A stretch of DNA of 64,000 bases from an uncultured Bacilli bacterium (GTDB taxonomy: Bacteria > Bacillota_I > Bacilli_A > RF39 > UBA660), in contig CALVSC010000001.1 of assembly GCA_944358855.1 (NCBI GenBank), forward strand, positions 2,385 to 66,384. The letters run 5' to 3'. A program made the translations under genes and the position numbers. The notes under the pieces were generated by a model. It worked only from the letters and a program-made list of their open reading frames with translations. It did not search any database and had not been told where the DNA came from. The stretch's first letter is position 1; the number at the start of each line of letters is the position of its first letter. Shown here in pieces: positions 30,484-40,427 of this stretch.

Positions 30484-31623
30484 TTACTTTAAGTCAATAC
30501 TTTTTTTATTTTTTTTTAGATGAAGTACGGTTAAACATTCTACATGATAAGTTCTTGGAAACATATTGTATGGTCTTATATATTTTATTTCATATTTTTC
30601 TTTTAAATTATTTAAATCTCTTCCTAGTGTAACAGGGTCACAAGATACATATATAATTGTGTTTGGAGTTATTTCTAATAGTTTACTTATTACTTTTTTA
30701 TTAAGTCCACTACGTGGTGGATCTACGATAACGGTATCATACTTTTTGCTTATCTCCTGTGTTAGGTCTTCTACTTTACCAAGTTTAAATGTACAGTTTT
30801 TAGCATTGTTTAACTCTTTATTTTTTTTAGCATCGTCTATTGCTTCTTTACAAGACTCTATTCCTAGTACATGGTTTTTTCTATCGCTTATATAAATTCC
30901 TATGGTACCAGTACCACAATATAAATCTAATATGTTTTTAGCGTTGGAGTTATTTACTTCTTCTTTAATATTATTATATAGTTTTTCTGTTATTGTACTA
31001 TTTACTTGAAAGAAGGATTGTTTTGAGATTTGGTATTTTTTATTACCAATATAAGATATTATTTTATTATCTTTTGTAGAGTCTAATATTTCATTTGTTT
31101 TATTACCAAGTCTTAAGATAACTTCTTGGTTCTTGGTGTTTATATTTTTTAAATAATCGTTTAACTTATTATTTAGTAAATTACATGATTTTATAGGAAT
31201 AATCGTATTGGTTTTCTTTTTATAATAACCAATTTTATGATTTACTTGGTGTAGTGTCACTTTATTTCTATAATGATATGGTTCATCAAATATAATGTCT
31301 TTTATTTCTATTTTATCTATTTTAGCAAATTTACTTATAATTTCTTTTACTTTTTGTTCTTTAAACTTGTTTTCTTCTTTAAATGATAAATGGTCTAGTT
31401 GACAACCTCCACATTCTTGATAATAAGGACATAAAGAATTTATTCTATTTTTACTTGGTGTTATTATTTTGGTAGCGTTTCCTTCTATATATTTTTTATT
31501 TTCTTTTGTTATGGATACTTCTACTATTTCGTTTGGTAAAGCATTTTCAATAAAAGCAATTTTATCATTTATTTTTGTAATTCCTCTACCATAATGATCT
31601 AATTTCGTTATTAGTACTTGCAT
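30484..31623 (-). CDS. rlmD: 23S rRNA (uracil-C5)-methyltransferase RlmD/RumA family
   Basis: TRAM domain, CPYYQECGGCQ Fe-S cluster, SAM-binding LDLYCGTGTIG and catalytic DPPRSG. Confidence 0.75.
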   Translation of the reverse strand: MQVLITKLDHYGRGITKINDKIAFIENALPNEIVEVSITKENKKYIEGNATKIITPSKNRINSLCPYYQECGGCQLDHLSFKEENKFKEQKVKEIISKFAKIDKIEIKDIIFDEPYHYRNKVTLHQVNHKIGYYKKKTNTIIPIKSCNLLNNKLNDYLKNINTKNQEVILRLGNKTNEILDSTKDNKIISYIGNKKYQISKQSFFQVNSTITEKLYNNIKEEVNNSNAKNILDLYCGTGTIGIYISDRKNHVLGIESCKEAIDDAKKNKELNNAKNCTFKLGKVEDLTQEISKKYDTVIVDPPRSGLNKKVISKLLEITPNTIIYVSCDPVTLGRDLNNLKEKYEIKYIRPYNMFPRTYHVECLTVLHLKKNKKSIDLK

Positions 31624-31691
31624 CGTATCACCTCTTTTTTTATTATAGCATAATTTAGTTTTATTTCTAGCATACTAATAATGGTGATAAT

Positions 31692-33095
31692 ATGTCTTTA
31701 TATACGCGTTTAAAAGAAAGTTTAAAGGTCTCTAAAGATTATAAGTTTAGGGAGTTTGTGATTGATAGAAAACGGGTTTATTTTATTTTTAATGAAGTAT
31801 TGTGTTCTACAACAATGATTAATGATTTTATATTAGATAATTTACTATCTTTAAATAAAAAAGAGTTAGATAAACTTTCTTTTTATTTGCCTGATGCGAA
31901 TGTTTTAGTAATTAAAGAAGATGAAGTTTTATCTTATTTAAATCAAGGTTTTGGTATTGTTATTTATAAAAAGATATATGCAATTGAAGTTAGAGAAAGA
32001 TTAGATCGTGGTGTTACAACAGTACAGAGTGAATTATCTATTACAGGACCTAAAGATAGTTTTTGTGAGATGTTTAATACTAATTTAGGACTTATACGAA
32101 GAAGAATTAAAAGTAAGAATTTGGAGTCATTAGATTTAGAGATTGGTAGATATAGTAAGACAAAAGTTAGTATTTTATCAATTCGTGGTATTGTGAAAGA
32201 GAAAATTGTGAGTGATATTTATCGTAAATTAAAGAATATTGATATCGATGGTATTATCGATAATAGTTATATTAAGAGTTATTTAGAGGATAAAACATTA
32301 TTTCCTACGGTGATGTTAACAGAGCGACCTGATAAAGCCAGTCAAGCTTTGTTAGAGGGTAAAGTTGTTATATTGTGTGATTTAAGTCCTTATGCTTTGA
32401 TTTTACCTAGTTTTTTTATGGATTATTTTCATACTGCTGATGATTATTATCAAAAAAATAGTAATACTACTTTTATTAGACTTATTCGAGTGATTGCGTT
32501 TTTTGTGGCGCTCTTTTTACCGGCTTTTTATATTGCGGTTACGACGAGGAATTATGATTTAGTACCGTTTCCGCTCCTTATGATTTTAAAAGCTGGTAGA
32601 ACGTTTGTCCCCTTCCCTGCTTATATTGAGGCGTTATTTATGATATGTTTGTTTGAAATACTAAAAGAAAGTGATTTGCGTATGTCAGCAACTACTGGTA
32701 GTGCTGTTTCTATTTTAGGTGGTTTAATATTAGGGGATGCGGCAGTAAGTGCTGGTATTGTTTCTCCTATTATGATTATTATTATTGCGATATCTTCTAT
32801 TGCAGCCTTAATTTTTCCATCCAATGAGCTTATGAATGCGATTCGTTTTTATAAGATTATTTTGTTATTGCTGGCAGCGTTTTTCGGTATTTATGGAGTT
32901 TTATTTGGAGGAGCCGTTTTATTTATTCATTTAATTTCTATGAAAAGTTTTGGTTTTTCTTATTTATTTCCTATCGTTCCTTTTCACTTTTTAGATTGGA
33001 GTGATAGTTTTTATTTAAAAAAAGATCATATAAAACGTCGTAATTCATATTTAACTAATAATGTTGTTAGAGGGAGGAGTTATGAAAATCATTAA
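31692..33095 (+). CDS. spore germination protein, GerA-family A subunit
   Basis: 467 aa. Soluble N-terminal domain followed by a ~5-TM C-terminal region, with the GerAA/KA-like pattern throughout. Confidence 0.7.
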   Translation: MSLYTRLKESLKVSKDYKFREFVIDRKRVYFIFNEVLCSTTMINDFILDNLLSLNKKELDKLSFYLPDANVLVIKEDEVLSYLNQGFGIVIYKKIYAIEVRERLDRGVTTVQSELSITGPKDSFCEMFNTNLGLIRRRIKSKNLESLDLEIGRYSKTKVSILSIRGIVKEKIVSDIYRKLKNIDIDGIIDNSYIKSYLEDKTLFPTVMLTERPDKASQALLEGKVVILCDLSPYALILPSFFMDYFHTADDYYQKNSNTTFIRLIRVIAFFVALFLPAFYIAVTTRNYDLVPFPLLMILKAGRTFVPFPAYIEALFMICLFEILKESDLRMSATTGSAVSILGGLILGDAAVSAGIVSPIMIIIIAISSIAALIFPSNELMNAIRFYKIILLLLAAFFGIYGVLFGGAVLFIHLISMKSFGFSYLFPIVPFHFLDWSDSFYLKKDHIKRRNSYLTNNVVRGRSYENH

Positions 33096-33486
33096 AATTC
33101 TTATCGTTCTTATTTTGTTTTTGATACCAATTATTTTATTTCCAATTAATAATTATGTTGAATTAAATGATTTGGTTATTATTCAAGGTATTGGATTAGA
33201 TTGTAATAGCAATTATGGTCTTTATTTACAAGAGGTTATTCCTATGAAAAGTGATGGTAGTATTCGTTATCATTATCGTTACTATAAAGCAGAATCTAAT
33301 CAATTGGATAAGGCGTTTTTAAAGATAAAGAAAAATAGTCAAAATAAGTTTTATGTAAAGAAAGCTAAATATGTTGTTACAAATTGTAAAAGTAGTAAGA
33401 AAGTAAGAGATTATTTTCATTTAGAGGATATTACAATTTATCATGAAGATAAAGTTTTAGACAAATTAAAAGAGATTGTTAGTTAA
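33082..33486 (+). CDS. short GerAC-like fragment (possible truncated C subunit)
   Basis: Signal-anchor followed by LVIIQGIGLD, resembling the N-terminus of Ger(x)C lipoproteins. Only ~134 aa where ~370 is typical. A GGGAGG RBS is present. No B-subunit gene is nearby. Confidence 0.35.
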   Translation: MKIIKILIVLILFLIPIILFPINNYVELNDLVIIQGIGLDCNSNYGLYLQEVIPMKSDGSIRYHYRYYKAESNQLDKAFLKIKKNSQNKFYVKKAKYVVTNCKSSKKVRDYFHLEDITIYHEDKVLDKLKEIVS

Positions 33487-34000
33487 TCTCTTCTTCACTA
33501 CATTCAAAGTAACGATTTGTAAAATATAGTTTTTGTTCTATTTGGTCGTCATTAAAATAGTTTTGTTTTAAGTCTGTATTTTCACTATTTTGGTTAATTA
33601 ATTCTTCATTTATTGTTATTAGAGTTCTAGTATCTATTTGATCTATTTGGATACCAGGTAGAGCTTGAAAATAAGCTAATTCTTGAGATGGTAGGATTGT
33701 CTCTTCTTGATTAATTACAGGTTCTTCCATTTCTCTTGTTGCGGCATAAGGTTCATAAGTAATTCTAGTTTGATCAATTTTAGAATTAATATATCTTATT
33801 TCTGCTGTTTCTCTAATACTTTCTGTTGGATAACTTCTAGTACAAGTAATAATTTTAATCGCATCTTGTTGTGTTGGAGTTGCCTCTTCTACTTTTGGAA
33901 ATAATACTCTAAATATTGGTGGTAAAGCAATTAATATTATTAAAATAATCATAATAACAATAGCTCTAATGGGATGAAATTTCTTTTTTTCTTGTTCCAT
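33479..34000 (-). CDS. hypothetical membrane-anchored protein
   Basis: One N-terminal TM helix and no recognised motif. Confidence 0.4.
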   Translation of the reverse strand: MEQEKKKFHPIRAIVIMIILIILIALPPIFRVLFPKVEEATPTQQDAIKIITCTRSYPTESIRETAEIRYINSKIDQTRITYEPYAATREMEEPVINQEETILPSQELAYFQALPGIQIDQIDTRTLITINEELINQNSENTDLKQNYFNDDQIEQKLYFTNRYFECSEEEIN

Positions 34001-34304
34001 TTTTCTTTACTCCTTTACTTTTTTGAAGTTTATTAAAACTATATATTAACATTATTAATGGTACGATTGGTAAGATACAATAGAAAAACATTTTGGATTT
34101 GATACCTTCTAGAGGTTTATACATTTTTATATCGTTAATAATGATACAAGATGTAATTAAAGTAATTATAAATAGAAATAGTAAAAGAATAGTTAGATAT
34201 TTTAAATACTTTTCTTGTTTTTTTCTATTTAAAAAGATAAGTACCATTAGTAGTATTACTATTGGTAAAGCAATAAATATATAGGTGTTTTTCAATGTTA
34301 TCAT
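33966..34304 (-). CDS. hypothetical small membrane protein (3 TM)
   Basis: Hydrophobic segments. Overlaps the upstream gene's stop. Confidence 0.35.
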   Translation of the reverse strand: MITLKNTYIFIALPIVILLMVLIFLNRKKQEKYLKYLTILLLFLFIITLITSCIIINDIKMYKPLEGIKSKMFFYCILPIVPLIMLIYSFNKLQKSKGVKKNGTRKKEISSH

Positions 34305-34335
34305 ATCGTTCTCCTATTATAGATTATCATATTTT

Positions 34336-34902
34336 TTATTTTATTTCAATCTGTAAAAATCTAGAAAAAGCTAATGCTTGTTCTTCATTTACGATTAGTC
34401 CTTTCATACTAGGAATATCTATTTTTATATGATTAATATTACAGGTTCTAATATCTACTCCTTTTAGATTTGTTTCAAAAACATCTACGGCTTCTAGATT
34501 ACAATCTTCTAGTTTTAGTTTTTGTTGTTTTATTTTATAAAGTGTTGCATCTTTTAAATTACAGTTTTTAAAAGTTACTTTTTCTAAATGAGCAGTTGAT
34601 AGATTACTGTAAGTAAAGTTACAGTTTTCAAATGTTATTTCTTTTAGATAAGCGCCAGATAAGTTTGTACCTATAAAGTTACAGTTTTTAAAGTTTGATT
34701 TTATGATACTCTTTTCACTTAAATTAATGTTTGCTAGATTGGAGTTGGTAAGTGTAGAGTTGGTTATTTCAAAATAGTCTACTGTTATGTTTGTTAAATC
34801 AATATTTTTACAGGTACAGTTGGTTATTTCTAGTTCTTCATAGTTGGCAGTTAGGGTTTTATCTTCTATTGTTTCATTTTTAAATGTTTTTATTTCTTTC
34901 AT
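34336..34902 (-). CDS. pentapeptide-repeat protein
   Basis: Tandem A(D/N)LxX-type repeats (NCNFIGTNLSGAYLKEITFENCNFTYSNLSTAHL...). Confidence 0.75.
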   Translation of the reverse strand: MKEIKTFKNETIEDKTLTANYEELEITNCTCKNIDLTNITVDYFEITNSTLTNSNLANINLSEKSIIKSNFKNCNFIGTNLSGAYLKEITFENCNFTYSNLSTAHLEKVTFKNCNLKDATLYKIKQQKLKLEDCNLEAVDVFETNLKGVDIRTCNINHIKIDIPSMKGLIVNEEQALAFSRFLQIEIK

Positions 34903-34903
34903 T

Positions 34904-35488
34904 TTACTTTCCTTCTATTTCTATTCCACATTCTAGTTTATGCTTTTTTCTTCCTTTGTAATAGGCGTTTTTAAAGGTAATCGGTATTCCTTTACTTTTA
35001 TTTGTATCTTGTCCTAATTGTACTTGAAAATGAATATGTGGTCCTTGGGTGTTACCACTATTTCCAACTTTAGCTAAAACTTCTCCTTCTTTTACAAAAT
35101 CCCCTTCTTTTACTTTTATTGTGTTCTTTTCTAGGTGACATATACAAGAATATTCTCCTTTTGGATGTTTTATGATGATATGGTTTCCTCTAGGATCATT
35201 ACAGTCGTTTATTATCTTTCTATCTTTTGTAATATGCGTATTGGGATATTCGTCTACTACTTCTATTACCCAGCCATCTAATGGAGCATAGATATCTTCT
35301 AAATAGGAATAGTAATTTTTACATTGTGTTAAATCATCGTGATATGGTAGATTTTCTTTTCTAATTTCAAAGTCATAGGCATATCTTTGACCTAAAATGT
35401 TCCAGGAATGAGAATTTTTCTTTTTGGTTCCTCCATATTCAATATACCATTTTCCTTTCATTGGTAAATTATATTTATTTTTACTCAT
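34904..35488 (-). CDS. M23-family (LytM) peptidase, no signal peptide
   Basis: HxxxD and the ...GNSGNTQGPHIHFQV zinc-ligand motifs. Confidence 0.7.
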   Translation of the reverse strand: MSKNKYNLPMKGKWYIEYGGTKKKNSHSWNILGQRYAYDFEIRKENLPYHDDLTQCKNYYSYLEDIYAPLDGWVIEVVDEYPNTHITKDRKIINDCNDPRGNHIIIKHPKGEYSCICHLEKNTIKVKEGDFVKEGEVLAKVGNSGNTQGPHIHFQVQLGQDTNKSKGIPITFKNAYYKGRKKHKLECGIEIEGK

Positions 35489-35714
35489 GGTGTTTTAATC
35501 TCTCCATTTTTTCGCGTAGTAGATGCCTTCTTTCTTGTTCTTTGGTAGGACAAGCAATTAATGTTTTATCTTTTTCTATAAACATTGTTCCTTCTTTTAT
35601 AACAAAGGGGAATTCGTCTTTTTGAAAAGTTTTTTGTTCTTTGGTTTCTAGATTTTCGGCTATTACTAAATCATTTTCTATTTTTTCAATTGCATACATT
35701 TTATCACTATCCAT
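35481..35714 (-). CDS. DUF3006-family small protein
   Basis: MYAIEKIENDLVIAEN...FPFVIKEGTMF pattern. It sits in the classic adjacency to an MBL-fold gene. Confidence 0.55.
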   Translation of the reverse strand: MDSDKMYAIEKIENDLVIAENLETKEQKTFQKDEFPFVIKEGTMFIEKDKTLIACPTKEQERRHLLREKMERLKHHE

Positions 35715-36609
35715 TCGTATCAGTTTTTTCTGTTTCTACTTCTATATTTTTACCATCCGTTTTAAAAGTAATTGTTCCATCTGTATCTGTTCGATATGTT
35801 TTTATGTTTTCTTGATTTAATAAATTTATTACTTCATCATGAGGATGACCGTATTGATTGTTGATGCCAGCAGATACTATGGCGTATTGGGGAGATATTT
35901 TTTCTAGTAGTTCTTGATTAGTAGAAGTTACGGAACCATGATGTCCTAGTTTTAGTACAGTGCTTTTTAAATCACTTGTAGAAATTGAGTTTTCTATTTT
36001 TAGTGAGGCATCTCCCGTTAATAAAAAGCTTACATTTTGATCTATTACTTTTAAGATAATAGAAGTATCATTTAAATCACTTTCGCTTTCATCTCCGACA
36101 TATAAAACTTTAATACTTACATCTCCAAGATTAAAAGTATCATTTTCTTTAGGAATGGTTAATTCTATATTTTTATTTTCTAGAGCGTCTAATACTTCTT
36201 CAAAAGTCATTGTTGTTGTGATGACATCAGGCATATAAAAATTTTCAATATTAAAGTTATTAATGATGTTGTCTAGACCTCCGATATGATCTTCATGAGG
36301 GTGTGTACCTACTACATAATCAAAGGTTTCAATATTTTTTTCTTTAAAATAAGATACTAGTTTATCTCCATCTTCATTATTTCCGGCATCTACTAGCATG
36401 TAGTGACCATCATTTTCTAATAGGATAGAATCTGCTTGACCAACATCTATAAAAGATACTTCTAAGGCGGATGTTGTTGTTACAGGTTTGGTTTCTACTC
36501 TTTCTTGAATATTATTTTGATTTGGTATATTTATATTTTGAAATAAATAAAATATTCCTACTATTATAATAGCTAAAATACTTGTTATTAATTTTTTCTT
36601 TTTTCTCAT
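35707..36609 (-). CDS. MBL-fold metallo-hydrolase (ComEC C-terminal-like), membrane-anchored
   Basis: DVGQADSILLE...VGTHPHEDHIGG metallo-beta-lactamase motifs, with an N-terminal TM helix. Confidence 0.75.
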   Translation of the reverse strand: MRKKKKLITSILAIIIVGIFYLFQNINIPNQNNIQERVETKPVTTTSALEVSFIDVGQADSILLENDGHYMLVDAGNNEDGDKLVSYFKEKNIETFDYVVGTHPHEDHIGGLDNIINNFNIENFYMPDVITTTMTFEEVLDALENKNIELTIPKENDTFNLGDVSIKVLYVGDESESDLNDTSIILKVIDQNVSFLLTGDASLKIENSISTSDLKSTVLKLGHHGSVTSTNQELLEKISPQYAIVSAGINNQYGHPHDEVINLLNQENIKTYRTDTDGTITFKTDGKNIEVETEKTDTNG

Positions 36610-36676
36610 ATTCTTACCTCAATTCTATTCTTATCATATCATATTTTTGCTATTAAAAAAAGAAAAGTAAGTTTTA

Positions 36677-37084
36677 TTACTTTTCTTTAAAATTTTCTAA
36701 AAGATGTTTTGTTTTATCATAAATTCCTAATTTATTATCTACTCCTATATTATTTATGATGGTTTTCTTTATTCCTTGATAATGAACATGTAATTCGAAT
36801 CTTGCATCAAATATTTCGATAGTTTCATATTCTTTATTTATAATTTCTTTTTCTATAAAATCTGTTAGTTCTTTATACTCTTCATTTGATAATTTTCTTA
36901 CATTTTTTATATAAGAGTTGGTGGTATCATAATAGAATTGATATTGATATAACTCTTTTTCTTTTGTTACTAATATCCCTTTATATCCACTGGTTCCAAT
37001 TAGTCCACAAGATTCATTTACTTCTATCATACTTGATTTACGAATTTTATTTAATTCAGCTAAATAAACTTCATTTTTATTCAT
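36677..37084 (-). CDS. hypothetical protein
   Basis: 135-aa ORF with no recognised motif. Confidence 0.4.
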   Translation of the reverse strand: MNKNEVYLAELNKIRKSSMIEVNESCGLIGTSGYKGILVTKEKELYQYQFYYDTTNSYIKNVRKLSNEEYKELTDFIEKEIINKEYETIEIFDARFELHVHYQGIKKTIINNIGVDNKLGIYDKTKHLLENFKEK

Positions 37085-37096
37085 GTTTTATCTTCC

Positions 37097-38305
37097 TTAT
37101 TTTTTTACTTTTTCTGGGGATTGTTCTATTTGATTATTACTGATAATTGCAAATTGTTTTTGTAGAGTAGTAAGATATTGGTCTTTATTTTCTAGAATAG
37201 CACTACTTATTTCTTCCGTTGTTCTACCGACTAAGTCTCTAGGAGATAGATCTTCATCTAAGGCGTTTTCTTTGGTTTCAATTTTTTGTTGGAAGTTTTC
37301 TATTCCTTCTTGCATAAGACTAACTATATCGTCTTGTGGTAATTCTATATTTATCCAATCTATTATTCTTTGAAGTTCTTCAGAAGTTATAGCACCTTCT
37401 ACTATATTATTTAATTCTATTTCTTTTTCTTCTAGTATGCTATTTTTTGGTGGTTTTTTACGCCTTGGTAAAGTTGTTTTTTGATATTGAATGGTTGTTG
37501 TGTTATCTTTTTTAAGTACTTTTAATATATGATCTTCCCCTTCTTTCATACCATCGAAAATAAGAACCGCTTTATTACTGGTATCACTTAATTCTGGACA
37601 TTTTGCTGATATAATTACAAAAGCAGAGTTTGGAGTAATTGTATTTTGTTTGTTTTCGATACAGATTCCTGATAAGTTTAAGCATACTCCTGGTACGGCA
37701 ATATTATCTAGTCCATACGTAATATTACCATTAATATTGTGGGTATATTCATACATTCTATCATTATGACTTATAAATTCTTTACCAATTATTGCATAGG
37801 TATACATTTCTTCATATTCTTCTACGCCTGGAATATATTCATATCGTTTGGTAAGGAGTGGTTGAGAATATTTTTTTCCGTTATATGGTACTTTCTTGGC
37901 AAGTCTTACTACTATACTGTTTCCCATATTTGATGTTTCCATTGATATGGAACTTTCTTTTTCTATGATTAATTCATAGTCATCTTTGGTGGTAGTAATT
38001 CTCGTTATGATTGGGGTTTCATCTCCTATATGATAAACTGTCTCTATTTTTTGTCCTTCTTTTTCGGAAACAACGTCAATATATTTTTTGCTACGACTGT
38101 AAATATTTAATAATTCTACTCTTCCAGTATATTTTCCTGTGATGTGGGTGTTTGTTTTCCTGTCGATAATTTCTATAGATGGTGTTTGTTCATCAAAGTT
38201 TGTTATTTGATAATCTTCTAAACGTTCTTCTTCTATAGGAATATGAAATCTACTTGCTAGTTTTAGTATTAGTCCCTTTTTTTCTTCTAATGTTTTATTT
38301 TCCAT
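37097..38305 (-). CDS. hypothetical protein
   Basis: 402-aa ORF with no recognised motif. Confidence 0.45.
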   Translation of the reverse strand: MENKTLEEKKGLILKLASRFHIPIEEERLEDYQITNFDEQTPSIEIIDRKTNTHITGKYTGRVELLNIYSRSKKYIDVVSEKEGQKIETVYHIGDETPIITRITTTKDDYELIIEKESSISMETSNMGNSIVVRLAKKVPYNGKKYSQPLLTKRYEYIPGVEEYEEMYTYAIIGKEFISHNDRMYEYTHNINGNITYGLDNIAVPGVCLNLSGICIENKQNTITPNSAFVIISAKCPELSDTSNKAVLIFDGMKEGEDHILKVLKKDNTTTIQYQKTTLPRRKKPPKNSILEEKEIELNNIVEGAITSEELQRIIDWINIELPQDDIVSLMQEGIENFQQKIETKENALDEDLSPRDLVGRTTEEISSAILENKDQYLTTLQKQFAIISNNQIEQSPEKVKK

Positions 38306-38357
38306 TGCTTGCCTCCTCGACTATATACTTTATCATACTTTTCCTTTTTTGCAAGTT

Positions 38358-39176
38358 TCAGTTTTTGTGCTGGCTTAGTTCAATATTTAGTTGTTTTAAA
38401 AGAGCGGTTTGTCTTGTCGTTCTACTTTGTTCTTTTGGTGATATAGTGTCTTGGTAATTTGCATATTGTATTTCTACTTCTGCTGTTTGCCATTGTTGTT
38501 CTTGTAGTGTTTTAGCAAGTTCTTCTTCTATTTTGGATTTTGGTTTTCTATTACTTCCATTTCTTAGCTCTGTTTGTAATCCTAATCTTTCAAATTCTAT
38601 ATCTAATAATTCGCTACAAGTTGATAAATATGTCTGATAAGCGTTCATTCTAGTCAATTTGTTTTCAAAACTAGAGATAGAAATAATTCCACTTTGGTAG
38701 TTTAGTTTGTCTTGAAAAGCTATTTTCTTAGTTCTCTTTTGTTCTTCTTCCACTAAAAGATGAGCCCAGGTTAATTTTAATTTTTCTATTCTTGCTATTA
38801 AATTAGGGTCTTCTAGAGATTCCATATAAGAAATTTCTTCGGGCATTACTTCTATTAATATTAATCTTAATATATCGTATATATCATATACTGTTTCATC
38901 TTCAATTATGTATGATTGCACTTCGTCCATTAATTCATAGAGTATTTCAGAAACTGTAAAGTCTTCTGCAGAGGGATTTTTTTTGTTATCTTTATTGAAT
39001 ACGGAAGTGCTTTTTAAATAATTTTTGGCATGCTTAATTGTTTTAGATAAAACTTCTTCTTGATCATCTGGTGTTAGAAATTGAAAGTTTTCACTTAATA
39101 GTTCTAACTCTTCTCCTTCGTATTCTCTATCTTCTATTAAAATGTTTATGGCAGAAATTATTTCGTCTTTTAACAT
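38358..39176 (-). CDS. member B of a tandem paralogous family (unknown function)
   Basis: Shares the C-terminal module W..EVxIQYANYQ...IS..E with five other genes in the window. Confidence 0.5.
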   Translation of the reverse strand: MLKDEIISAINILIEDREYEGEELELLSENFQFLTPDDQEEVLSKTIKHAKNYLKSTSVFNKDNKKNPSAEDFTVSEILYELMDEVQSYIIEDETVYDIYDILRLILIEVMPEEISYMESLEDPNLIARIEKLKLTWAHLLVEEEQKRTKKIAFQDKLNYQSGIISISSFENKLTRMNAYQTYLSTCSELLDIEFERLGLQTELRNGSNRKPKSKIEEELAKTLQEQQWQTAEVEIQYANYQDTISPKEQSRTTRQTALLKQLNIELSQHKN

Positions 39177-39231
39177 ATGCTTCCTCTTTTCTTGCCTTTA
39201 GTATAACATTTTTTTCGTAAAAGAAGAAGTT

Positions 39232-40104
39232 TTATCCTTTTTGATTTATTTTTGGTTCTTCAAATATGTTTTGACCTATATTTAAGCTTATGATTTGATC
39301 TAGAGCTTCACCCATTTTCTTTGTTGCTTCTTCTTCAGAAATAGTTCCTTCTAACATTTGTAGTTTTGCTTGATAGATTGTGGTTGTAGATTGATAATAT
39401 GTAATGGCAGTATTGATTTTATCTTGTTCGCTTTCTGGCATTACTGGGCTTCTAGATGATATCGTGTGTAATTTGCCATATTGTAATAGTGTTTCTTGTT
39501 TTTGAGATAGTAATTCCTGTAGATTCTGGTTAGATGTTAAATATTGTCCTCTTGCTTCTTCCGTTTCAAGAATGTGGTGGTATTCTTGGGAAGTGATCTT
39601 ATTTTTTTGATAATCACTTTGAGCTTTTTTTATTGTTTTGGTTGATTGGTTATAAGCTTCTAAGTAAGTAATTGTTTCCTTTTGCATGGTTAGTTTTATT
39701 TTACTTTCAGCTATTTCAATACCTTCTAGTGTTGTTATACTGTGTGCAGGATTATATAAGTTAATTAATTCAATTTGTTGTATTTCTGCTTCAGTTGCGG
39801 CAAGTATAGCAGCATTATATAAAGTAGCAAGTTCATTTATTTCTCCTAATGCAATTGCTTGGCTATTGATATCAAGTAAGTTTTTAGCAAGGATTGTAGA
39901 AAAAGGTGTTGATGTTGTTACAACTTTCCCTTTTTGAAATGGTGTAGATTTTTTTGTTAAATTTAATATATAAGTTATAAAACTTTGTTGTAAACTATCT
40001 AATTCTTCTTTTGATAATTCTTTTATTTTCTCATTTAATTCTTCTATTTTATTTTGATCTAATTCTTCTGTTATTAATATTTTTTTTAATGTTTCATTAT
40101 TCAT
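39232..40104 (-). CDS. member A of the same paralogous family
   Basis: C-terminal IYQAKLQMLEGTISEEEATKKMGEAL matches the family module. An AGGGAGGAA RBS is present. Confidence 0.5.
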   Translation of the reverse strand: MNNETLKKILITEELDQNKIEELNEKIKELSKEELDSLQQSFITYILNLTKKSTPFQKGKVVTTSTPFSTILAKNLLDINSQAIALGEINELATLYNAAILAATEAEIQQIELINLYNPAHSITTLEGIEIAESKIKLTMQKETITYLEAYNQSTKTIKKAQSDYQKNKITSQEYHHILETEEARGQYLTSNQNLQELLSQKQETLLQYGKLHTISSRSPVMPESEQDKINTAITYYQSTTTIYQAKLQMLEGTISEEEATKKMGEALDQIISLNIGQNIFEEPKINQKG

Positions 40105-40190
40105 AATATTTCCTCCCTTTAATTAATTAAAAAACCTATGCTTGTATTGCATAGGTCTATATATTCTATATGATATATTTATGACTTTAC

Positions 40191-40236
40191 GCAGATACAA
40201 GCACGACAATAACACTTGCATCTGCGATTTTTTATC
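40191..40236 (+). terminator. terminator-like hairpin + U-tract inside a divergent intergenic region (candidate leader/sRNA 3' end)
   Basis: gcagat(a)caag-13 nt loop-cttg(c)atctgc, followed by gaTTTTTTat. Confidence 0.4.
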
Positions 40237-40269
40237 GCGTCCTCAAGTGTCTTCGCAATCTACGTCTAC

Positions 40270-40320
40270 GGATAATTGTTGTCATAAATGTCATCATATT
40301 GTCCTTCCTTTCTTTTTTTT
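40270..40320 (+). terminator. second terminator-like hairpin + long U-tract in the same region
   Basis: ggataat-...-attgtcc stem followed by ttcctttcT8. Confidence 0.3.
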
Positions 40321-40427
40321 CACACTATATGTGTGAGTAATGCTGATTTTATCAGATTTTTATTGTTTTGTCAATTTTTTGTTTTTTGTGAAGTATGATA
40401 CAATAGCTTCAAGGAGGGTATCGTAGA

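Noticed and set aside
40142-40336. 64-aa + strand ORF in the divergent intergenic region
   Set aside because: No RBS is present. The reading frame runs through two hairpin+U-tract structures. A structured non-coding RNA or leader explains the region better.
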